Positions 56,180 through 64,000 of a DNA stretch of 64,000 bases are shown here, in pieces. The position numbers were made by a program, and so were the translations under genes. Source of the stretch: a virus (lineage: Duplodnaviria; Caudoviricetes). Each line of letters opens with the position of its first letter. Within the stretch, counting starts at the first letter, position 1. Under the pieces are notes generated by a model. It had not been told where the DNA came from, did not search any database, and saw only the letters and a program-made list of their open reading frames with translations. The stretch covers positions 1 through 64,000 of the IMG/VR virus record IMGVR_UViG_3300023213_000432; one strand, given 5' to 3'.

Positions 56180-56524
56180 TTGCTTGCTGATATAGAGAAT
56201 GATATGATTGCTTTAAAATGTATTGAAATGGTGGAAAAAGTTCATGGCGCCTTTACTAAAGCGCTTAATACTGTGAGGAATAAAATGATCGAAGAAAAAA
56301 AAGTTGAAAAGAAGGAAGAAAAGCCAGTGGAAGGCGAATTTGATCTAAAAGGGCTGCTCGGAAAAGATGAAGGCGAAGCGGTTAAGACTGCTTCCGAAGC
56401 TGGATTTAAAACTCGTGTTCTCCAACGAGATAGTGAAAGTTTTATGGCTACTATGGACATGAATATGAAGCGAATCAATTTCCATGTTGAAAAGGGATTA
56501 ATTACTAAAGTGTGGAAGGGTTGA
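56180..56524 (+). CDS. protein with C-terminal I78/potato-inhibitor-I-like domain
   Basis: LLGK..GEA..AG..TRV..MATMDMNMKRINFHVEKGLITKVWKG. Confidence 0.65.
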   Translation: MLADIENDMIALKCIEMVEKVHGAFTKALNTVRNKMIEEKKVEKKEEKPVEGEFDLKGLLGKDEGEAVKTASEAGFKTRVLQRDSESFMATMDMNMKRINFHVEKGLITKVWKG

Positions 56525-57084
56525 TGCATTTTCTAAACAACAAGAAAAAATCTCTCTTTCGAGATTATCTTGAAACATATCTTGGTGATTTAGAATTGAT
56601 TGCATTATCTTTTGGTCGGAAGGAAGACAAACCCGTTTGGATAGTCACTTTTGAAAATCCTAGAGGTAGTATTCAAACCATTCACGTAGTGCTAAAAGAC
56701 GAGGATTTGTTTTCTAAGGAAACTGCTGAGGATGTAGCTGTAAGAATCAAAAAACAGGTCGCACACAAAGGCACTCAGAATGAGGAAAGCTCGCTCAACC
56801 GAAAATTGCGAGAACGATTAGAATCCGACGCCAACATTGGACTTGACTTGTCTCCCGGCAATGACGACATTAAAGACATGCTGGTTGCTTACGATAAGTT
56901 GGAACGAAGTTTCAATGAACTGAAGCGCAAAGTTACAGAATTAGAAGCAGAAAGGGATTTCCTGGAAAACATTGTGGAAACTGCTGCGATGGTCACGGAT
57001 CATAGCGGTGATTTCCAAAATCCCGATGGTTGTTTGGATGCATTGAGGGAAGAAGTCGCAGAGTATCGAGCGAACAAAAAATGA
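56524..57084 (+). CDS. hypothetical coiled-coil protein
   Basis: TGATG overlap. Confidence 0.65.
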   Translation: MHFLNNKKKSLFRDYLETYLGDLELIALSFGRKEDKPVWIVTFENPRGSIQTIHVVLKDEDLFSKETAEDVAVRIKKQVAHKGTQNEESSLNRKLRERLESDANIGLDLSPGNDDIKDMLVAYDKLERSFNELKRKVTELEAERDFLENIVETAAMVTDHSGDFQNPDGCLDALREEVAEYRANKK

Positions 57085-57431
57085 AACTCTGGTTCATTGG
57101 TCAATGGGGCAATCACGAAGAAGGCACTGATGGTAAAGATACTCAGTGTGTCATTCGTGGTAATGATATGATGCGAGTCATCAAATCTGCTGAGGAATGT
57201 TTCCAAATTTACCGAGAATATAGAGGAGGACGGGCGGATTTTATCTTCCTTTTGGGAGAAGATGGTCTCGATGACGATGGCAAGGAAGCTTTGATTATAC
57301 CGGTTTGGATAGGTTATTGTTTTAATCTTGGTAATTTACCGTTGTGGCATCGACGTTATTGGGATACTGATAAATGGGAAAGCACCAAGACATTATATGG
57401 AGTGCAATTTGAAACCGATCAACCAACTTAA
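57081..57431 (+). CDS. hypothetical protein
   Basis: ATGA-coupled. Confidence 0.65.
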   Translation: MKLWFIGQWGNHEEGTDGKDTQCVIRGNDMMRVIKSAEECFQIYREYRGGRADFIFLLGEDGLDDDGKEALIIPVWIGYCFNLGNLPLWHRRYWDTDKWESTKTLYGVQFETDQPT

Positions 57432-57744
57432 TAACTATGACCTTATCGATACTTTGATTTGCAGGAGTTCTGGATATTCTTGCCCTGAACACGAAGTCTA
57501 TGGTCTCGCTGAAGTTTATGAAGAGATGATACTAAGGCTGGCTCGTTTGGACAAAGCAACAGAAATCATTCAGGGCTTTATGATTTCCGATGACAACTGC
57601 GGAGTAGATGGTTGCACCAAGACTAATTTGGGCGGCTTCCTTGGTATGCCTTGTCGAGAACATATGGGCGAGGAACCGATGTTCGAGCAAGATGAGGAGT
57701 TTGCTAAAATTGTTCATTTAGCGAGGGAGTGGCTAAAGCAATGA
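57397..57744 (+). CDS. hypothetical protein
   Basis: ORF track; start uncertain. Confidence 0.45.
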   Translation: MECNLKPINQLNNYDLIDTLICRSSGYSCPEHEVYGLAEVYEEMILRLARLDKATEIIQGFMISDDNCGVDGCTKTNLGGFLGMPCREHMGEEPMFEQDEEFAKIVHLAREWLKQ

Positions 57745-58049
57745 GGATTGTCTCTTTCAATGGTGGGCATTATCTAATCACCGAATTATTTTTTAATAAA
57801 TCGTTGGAGATTGGATATGCAAGAGATCCAGAAAAACACTTCGATCTTTATTTTCATTTTTGTCCCGCGGGGCACGATCATGCAGGATTGAGTTTTTCTG
57901 TTTCTTTGTTTGGATGGTTATTTGAATTTAGTCTTCGCGATCGTCGTCATTGGAATTATCAATTGAATCGTTGGATGACGGACGAGGAAGCCAAAACAGA
58001 AGCAGACGGTCGATGTATGTCTGATTCCATCGAGCATCGAGCAAAATGA
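57741..58049 (+). CDS. hypothetical protein
   Basis: ATGA-coupled; DHAG..DRRHW. Confidence 0.6.
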   Translation: MRIVSFNGGHYLITELFFNKSLEIGYARDPEKHFDLYFHFCPAGHDHAGLSFSVSLFGWLFEFSLRDRRHWNYQLNRWMTDEEAKTEADGRCMSDSIEHRAK

Positions 58050-58492
58050 AAATGGATAAAACAACCACTCAATTTCTAAATGATCATTGGCATCTTATTG
58101 TGGATACTCTTTCAAGCGAAATGGGCTCTATTGGCAAGAAATTGGGAGATGATCTTACTGTTATGCGTAATGAGATAGAAGAATTAGAACGGAGCATACA
58201 TCAAGCTTGCCCCTGTCTTCATACCACGCCGTGCAGCGAGAACTGTACTTGTGTCAATGGATTCTCTTCTCACGGTTGCAGACGATGTTGTTCCTATGGG
58301 AGCCAAGAGCAGCAAAAGAATGCGGCGATATATCTTGTTCAACAGGAAAAAGAATTACAAGCCTATCGAAAACTTGTTGAGCGATTGATAAAAGGACATC
58401 GCCCCTCAATACCTTTTGAGAGGGTTATCTATACTGAAACAGCATTAGATCTTCTTCTCGACGAACTAGATGCTATTAAAAAAGAACAATGA
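58046..58492 (+). CDS. hypothetical protein with Cys cluster
   Basis: CSENCTC..HGCRRCCSYGS. Confidence 0.65.
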   Translation: MKMDKTTTQFLNDHWHLIVDTLSSEMGSIGKKLGDDLTVMRNEIEELERSIHQACPCLHTTPCSENCTCVNGFSSHGCRRCCSYGSQEQQKNAAIYLVQQEKELQAYRKLVERLIKGHRPSIPFERVIYTETALDLLLDELDAIKKEQ

Positions 58493-58509
58493 TTATCAGA
58501 GGAGATTAA

Positions 58510-58818
58510 GTGATTCATTTCGATGACATTAAGCCCGAATATTATTTAAAAGTGTTGTTTAAGGGTTGCGAGAAAGATGTCGATCTATGTTTTCGAGTTA
58601 TCTCTAATAAAAAGGTGGATGTTTATATTTTAGATCGAGACCATTCAGTTGAATTATATGATAAGGATATTGGGAATTTCGCTTGGGATGCATCAGAGAA
58701 CGGCTTGAATCATATTTTCAGGGTTCAATCACCTAAATCAAAAAGTAATCTTTGGCTTCTGATTGTCAATAGATCTAATAAACCTGTATCGATTACGTAC
58801 GAGTGCTATGAAGTTTGA
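58510..58818 (+). CDS. hypothetical beta-rich protein
   Basis: GAGGAG RBS, GTG start. Confidence 0.65.
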   Translation: MIHFDDIKPEYYLKVLFKGCEKDVDLCFRVISNKKVDVYILDRDHSVELYDKDIGNFAWDASENGLNHIFRVQSPKSKSNLWLLIVNRSNKPVSITYECYEV

Positions 58819-59212
58819 AAGGAAAATGAAATGACACCAGAAGAAAAAGAAGTCATTCTTTGGGCATTATGTTGGAAACAAAATTGGGATGAAACTGGAA
58901 TGCCCGATTATAGAACTGTTACGTATGTTACCAAATGCGATATAGGTTTTATGAAGTAATTAAAAATTACGAGAAAAGTGTAATGAAGGAACATTTAGAG
59001 AGCAAGTGATGGCATCAAAACTGTCAAGTAAAGGTAGATTTTGGGGCAAGGACATGTTGTCCAAGGGCGTCGATTTTCATGATCTCAGAGTGGATAATCC
59101 TCATCCTGTTATTAAGAAGGTGAAGGGACGAATGACTACGAATGAGATTGAGGAGATGTTGGAAGAGTTGGAGAATCAGTAAGGGAAACTGCAAAAGAGT
59201 TTACGGAAGTGG

Positions 59213-60226
59213 TTATTCAAGTATTGCACGGGCTTTACCGGCTAATATTCTTCGTATGTACCGCTCACCAACACCGAATTGTTTGGCGATTTCCTTAACT
59301 GGTTTTTGGTTCCCCAATACTCTAATTGCAATAATATCTTCGTTTGAAAGTTTCACTACTCTCCCACCAAGTCCATGATGTTTAGGCGGGTTAACTGTCA
59401 TTGCAATGTCACGTTTCCTTTTTAGAAATATGATAGCGCCGTCATAGAGCCAGTGAATAATACGATTGAGTTCGGTTTGATCGCCATATCTCAATCCAAA
59501 TGTTTTAAGTAATTTACCATACTTTTTATCTCTAATAATCCTGTGTTTAGATTGTATGGAGCATCTTGTTGCGAAGACTCTTTCAATTGTTTTCAGCATG
59601 TTCTGAGTGCCAATTAAAGAGAGTCTTAAAGTATTATACCTATTATCTTGCCAAAAAGATCCGTCTCCATCGATAAATCCTCGAATGAAATGATGGACAA
59701 GTGGATGTTTAATTAATCGTTTAGGGAATTTGAGTGTAAGGCTTTTTTTTGGTGTGATATTGAAGCGAGCCATTAAATCATCAAACATTTTCTTGGATGT
59801 TATTTGGAACCCATATCCCCAACTATTTTTGGCTTTACAATACCATTTGTGCAATTTATGTTTGGATTTGAATAATTTTTTGATCAATTTCAAATAAGCA
59901 ATATCCTTATGTCCTAAAGCAATGCTTATTATTCCGTTGGGTTTTGATTTACTCTTGTGTAGGCATCCATCAGCGGCTATAAATCCCGCCAAATACATTG
60001 AGATTTCTGTGTCTGTGGAAAATAATTCATCATTGACACATTTTCTTGGTTTCTCTTGTTTGCCAGCCCCGATTCGCTTAAGCCTATGTCTATTCATATA
60101 ATTGATGATAGTAGTTTTGTCTATGTCAAGATGATTGCTAAGTTTATCTACACTTTTAAATTCGTTGTATTTTTCTCGAAGAAACTCTTTGGTTAGATAA
60201 TCTGCATATTTTAAAGGGGCTGCCAT
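59213..60226 (-). CDS. double-motif LAGLIDADG homing endonuclease
   Basis: YLAGFIAADG and FIRGFIDGDG, terminal HTH-like segments; start re-called at MAAPL. Confidence 0.9.
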   Translation of the reverse strand: MAAPLKYADYLTKEFLREKYNEFKSVDKLSNHLDIDKTTIINYMNRHRLKRIGAGKQEKPRKCVNDELFSTDTEISMYLAGFIAADGCLHKSKSKPNGIISIALGHKDIAYLKLIKKLFKSKHKLHKWYCKAKNSWGYGFQITSKKMFDDLMARFNITPKKSLTLKFPKRLIKHPLVHHFIRGFIDGDGSFWQDNRYNTLRLSLIGTQNMLKTIERVFATRCSIQSKHRIIRDKKYGKLLKTFGLRYGDQTELNRIIHWLYDGAIIFLKRKRDIAMTVNPPKHHGLGGRVVKLSNEDIIAIRVLGNQKPVKEIAKQFGVGERYIRRILAGKARAILE

Positions 60227-60280
60227 TTTTTGATCTCGTTTGCTCATCAATAGATATATCACTTGGAAAGGAAGTGTGAA

Positions 60281-61954
60281 ATGAAGAAATTGGTTTTGAT
60301 ATTAATGACTGTAGTGATGATGGGATGCGGAAATGATTCTGTTAAGGGAGTAAGACACAGGAACTATGATCTTAGGAATGCGGACGTCATTCCGGGGGAG
60401 ATTGTGATCGATCTGAAGGATAACGTTTCAGACAGTGATGTTGCGGAATTATCCAAGATAGCTGGCGTGAGGTTGCATGCAGACAATCCAACTGCTGAAA
60501 AATTCAAGATTGAGCACGGGCACGTGGATCCTAATTTGGAACAAGAAGTATTGGATCGATTAGCAAGTGATCCAAGAGTGGAACATTCAGAACCTGCTTA
60601 TCTTGCTCATGCTTTATTTATCCCCAATGATCCGATGTATAAGGAACAATGGGGTATCACTCGTATTGGAAGTGAGAGTGCTTGGAACATGACTTGCGGC
60701 AGAGGTTCCACTATAGCAATGTTAGATACGGGCATTGCAACTCATTTAAGCGACTTTGCAGAAACCAAGTTTCTTACTGGATATAACTTTGCCGATAATA
60801 ACGAAGATACTAATGATCGACAGAGTCATGGATCTCATACGGCTGCAACCGTAGCAGAGAGCACTTCCAACAATATTGGTGGTGCCGGTATTGCTTACTG
60901 TGCAACTATTCTTCCTGTCAAAGTTCTTGGGGATAATGGATCTGGATCTCTCTATAATGTTGCTGAAGGGATTAGATGGGCCGCCGATCAACGAGCCAAC
61001 ATTATTAACATGTCTCTTGGGGCTCATGTCAAAAGTGATATTATTGAAGATGCGGTAAATTACGCACTTGACCACGGATCTGTTGTGGTGGCAAGTAATG
61101 GAAATAGTGGTGGCAGTATTGGCTGGCCTGCCGCCTATCCGGGCGTAATAGCAGTGTCAGCAATCGATAATCGTGATCATATCGCTGATTTTTCTTCTCG
61201 TGGACCCGAGACTGTTATTAGTGGGCCTGGAGTTGATATTCTTCAAATCACTGTTGGGGAAGGTGGTAAAGGAGAACAGTATGTCAAGTATTCAGGAACT
61301 TCAATGAGTGCGCCCGGAATTTCTGGTGTAGGAGCAATGATTGTCAGTATGGGTGTCAATAAACCCGATGCAGTCAAAGCTATCTTGCAATCTTCTGCTG
61401 AGGATATTGGTCTTGATTCCGATGAACAGGGTGCCGGTATGGTTCGGGCAGATCGCGCAGTTAGATCGATTATTTTTACTCATACTCTTCTTCGATTGTT
61501 GGGATTGGCAGGACTTCTTTTCTTCTTCCGTAAGCAAATCAATACCGTTCTTGTGAAGAGTAAATTGTCAATCATTGGTATCGTTCTAGGAGGATTTGGT
61601 TTGGTACCTCTTTTCTTCTTGCACGTAATGCCTCATACAGGAATTGTTCGGGTATTAGTAGAGATGTTGGCTCGTCCAATTGGAGAGATGAATATTCCAC
61701 TAGGTTTCTTGATCAGCTACCTACCGTTAGCCAATTGTATTCCTGCAACCTTTGCCTCGCTGCTTTTCCTTAATAGTAGGTTGAAGAACTTTGCTGGTGG
61801 TTTAGCATTGGGCAGCGCTGCATTGTGTGCTCAAATGGCTTATAGCAATGACATGAATTTCGTTTTTGGAAGTTTAGTTATGCGAATGTTTATGGTTGTT
61901 AGTGTGGTGGTTTGTGGTTACTTCGTGAAGACGATTTTCGCCCAAAAACTCTGA
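60281..61954 (+). CDS. S8 subtilase, lipoprotein leader and C-terminal multi-TM region
   Basis: triad LDTG, HGSH, GTSMS; oxyanion ASNGN; MMGC lipobox. Confidence 0.92.
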   Translation: MKKLVLILMTVVMMGCGNDSVKGVRHRNYDLRNADVIPGEIVIDLKDNVSDSDVAELSKIAGVRLHADNPTAEKFKIEHGHVDPNLEQEVLDRLASDPRVEHSEPAYLAHALFIPNDPMYKEQWGITRIGSESAWNMTCGRGSTIAMLDTGIATHLSDFAETKFLTGYNFADNNEDTNDRQSHGSHTAATVAESTSNNIGGAGIAYCATILPVKVLGDNGSGSLYNVAEGIRWAADQRANIINMSLGAHVKSDIIEDAVNYALDHGSVVVASNGNSGGSIGWPAAYPGVIAVSAIDNRDHIADFSSRGPETVISGPGVDILQITVGEGGKGEQYVKYSGTSMSAPGISGVGAMIVSMGVNKPDAVKAILQSSAEDIGLDSDEQGAGMVRADRAVRSIIFTHTLLRLLGLAGLLFFFRKQINTVLVKSKLSIIGIVLGGFGLVPLFFLHVMPHTGIVRVLVEMLARPIGEMNIPLGFLISYLPLANCIPATFASLLFLNSRLKNFAGGLALGSAALCAQMAYSNDMNFVFGSLVMRMFMVVSVVVCGYFVKTIFAQKL

Positions 61955-61995
61955 AAAATCGAAAGGTTGCATTGAGCATGATATAGTATTGTATT

Positions 61996-62898
61996 ATGCC
62001 CGATGAGCTATCTACACGAATTTGCCGTTCTTGCAAAGTAGAAAAGCCACTAAATACTTCTAATTTTCGTTGGAGAAACGATAATCAAAGATTTAGAACG
62101 GATTGTATCGAGTGTGAAAAGTTGTACCAACAACAATATAAAGAAGAAAACAAAGAAAAAGTCCTTCAAAGAAAGAAAAATTATTATTGGAACAATAGAG
62201 ATGCTATTCTAAAATATAAATTAGAAAACAAAGAGCGAGACGCCCGTAAAAATAAAGAGTACAAAAAGAAAAACAAAGAAAAGATTTTCATTCAACATAA
62301 AGAATGGGTCAAAAAGAACCCAGAGAAAGTCAAAAGTATCAATAAGAGATATGCCGCCAATAATAAAGAAAAAATAGCAGCCGCAGCACGAAAATATCGT
62401 CAAGATAATAAAGAGGAATATCGCGCGCGCCAACGTGCAAAATACTATAAAAAGAAGAACGATCTCAAATTTAAAGAAAGCAGAAGAAAACGACAAATCA
62501 AAAGATTGAAAAAGGATCTTATTTTTAAATTGAGAAAGAATATTTCTCGTGCAATTAATATTGCCCTCAAAGGAAACAAAAGGGGCGCCTCCATACTTAA
62601 TTATTTGTCATATACAATAGAGCAACTGTGGAAACATCTTGAAGTGCAATTTGAGCCGTGGATGAACAAAGATAATCACGGGCAATACGATCCCAAAATT
62701 TGGAATGATAATGATTCCTCTACTTGGAAATGGCAGCTAGATCATATTATCCCTCAATCTGATCTTCCATACATTTCGATGGAAGATGAGAATTTCAAAA
62801 AATGTTGGGCGTTAGAAAATCTTCGTCCATTAAGTGCCAAACAAAACTTGGAAGATGGCGCCCTTAGAACAAGGCATAAAATAAAAAAGAAAGCCTAA
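61996..62898 (+). CDS. HNH endonuclease
   Basis: CRSC..CIEC, K-rich linker, WQLDHIIP..WALENLRPL...N. Confidence 0.85.
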   Translation: MPDELSTRICRSCKVEKPLNTSNFRWRNDNQRFRTDCIECEKLYQQQYKEENKEKVLQRKKNYYWNNRDAILKYKLENKERDARKNKEYKKKNKEKIFIQHKEWVKKNPEKVKSINKRYAANNKEKIAAAARKYRQDNKEEYRARQRAKYYKKKNDLKFKESRRKRQIKRLKKDLIFKLRKNISRAINIALKGNKRGASILNYLSYTIEQLWKHLEVQFEPWMNKDNHGQYDPKIWNDNDSSTWKWQLDHIIPQSDLPYISMEDENFKKCWALENLRPLSAKQNLEDGALRTRHKIKKKA

Positions 62899-63279
62899 CC
62901 AACAAAGTACAAGCAATCAAACAATAAGAAAAATCAATGAACACAAAACTCTATTACGTTTGGGGACAATATAAGGATGGTCGCACAAATGGTTGGGTAG
63001 TAGGCTCTTATTATAATGAGAGTTTAGCCAAGGCAATTGTTGAACGCTGTAACGAAATACAAGATAGAATTTACGAAGCCAGAGAAGTTATTAACAAGGA
63101 AAATCAATGAACGATAAACGGTACAGCATTTGGTGTCAGCCAAAAGATGGATCTTCAAATGGGAAATTTATTTCGCTTCTTCAGAATAATTTGGAATATT
63201 TAAAACATAAATGTGAAGAGTGGAATCGACGGTTTCACTGTTGGCACCACGAAGTTAGAGAATTGCCCAATAATAATTC

Positions 63280-63567
63280 ATGACTAAATGTATCGAGCCC
63301 GATTGTTTATCCCAAATTTCCCAAGAAGACCCTGACAACAAACACTATTGTTCAGAACATTGGGAACAATTCAAGCCAGCCCGCCAAAATCCTAATAGCA
63401 TTATTGATATTTTGCACAGTATTAAGAAAGTAGAAATTGCTCCAGATGGAACATTGGTGGTTTGGCAAGACGAATGTCAATATCCTGATAGCATTAGTGC
63501 CTTTATTCCTAAATCTTTTACTTACGATTTGTTGTGCCTGATCGAGGAACATTTAACTAAAGGATAA
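63280..63567 (+). CDS. hypothetical protein
   Basis: CIEPDC..YCSEH. Confidence 0.6.
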   Translation: MTKCIEPDCLSQISQEDPDNKHYCSEHWEQFKPARQNPNSIIDILHSIKKVEIAPDGTLVVWQDECQYPDSISAFIPKSFTYDLLCLIEEHLTKG

Positions 63568-63743
63568 TATTACATGCATCAGTATAGCGTTTGCATACCT
63601 ATTACTATTAGTCGTCTTGACAAAAATGGTTCTCCCGAAGATAACCTTCATTGGAGTATTCATTTCGAAATGGAAGGTGAGACTCATGAGGAGGTTCATC
63701 AAAAGTTCGTTAAACTTTTCCAAGAGAAGTTGCGAGAACCTAA

Positions 63744-63935
63744 GTGTCAATAGCAGCTTTTGATCCCGAAATTCGTTTCACCCGCAGGTTAGTTAAGATA
63801 TATCCCGGCGAGTATATCAAGCCCACATTCATTATATTGCCACTTCCTGATGGATACCGAGAAGAGACCAATGATGAATTTAGATATAGAATTTCTGAGA
63901 GTCTTACGAAAGCCAATAGGAATCCATTAAAATGA
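63744..63935 (+). CDS. hypothetical protein
   Basis: ORF track; start uncertain. Confidence 0.35.
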   Translation: MSIAAFDPEIRFTRRLVKIYPGEYIKPTFIILPLPDGYREETNDEFRYRISESLTKANRNPLK

Positions 63936-64000
63936 TCGTTCCTAAAGTTGGGTTGAGAGTCAAAGGAAATGTTAAAGCTACCTTGCCTTACATGAGAGAA

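Overview
The window looks like the accessory region of a large dsDNA bacteriophage. It is AT-rich and densely packed with small, mostly hypothetical ORFs, nearly all on the + strand and often coupled by ATGA/TAATG overlaps. No capsid, terminase or polymerase genes were recognised. A Gram-negative host is suggested by many lipobox proteins and a probable beta-barrel; Myxococcota is only a guess. Recognisable cargo: tRNA-Leu(TAA), tRNA-Tyr(GTA), an atypical tRNA-like RNA, a complete tmRNA, an HNH-fused RNA ligase, a metallophosphoesterase, a macrodomain, a cyclic-phosphate-processing-type receiver domain, an intact IS200/IS605 (tnpA+tnpB), HNH-type and LAGLIDADG endonucleases, a subtilase, two matrixin-like proteases and an I78-like protease inhibitor. 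Main signals: (1) a Ro60/TROVE gene flanked by four Y-RNA-like genes, one carrying a circularly permuted tRNA mimic; (2) an 18-bp motif TTCCCATCGCCTAACGGC in 15 co-oriented, mostly intergenic copies; (3) an unassigned ~380-nt structured non-coding region; (4) a modular paralogous gene family at 29.9-36.6 kb; (5) an orphan IS605 right end. All family assignments are by motif recognition by eye, not database searches. Several 1-nt indels in short homopolymers may be assembly errors.
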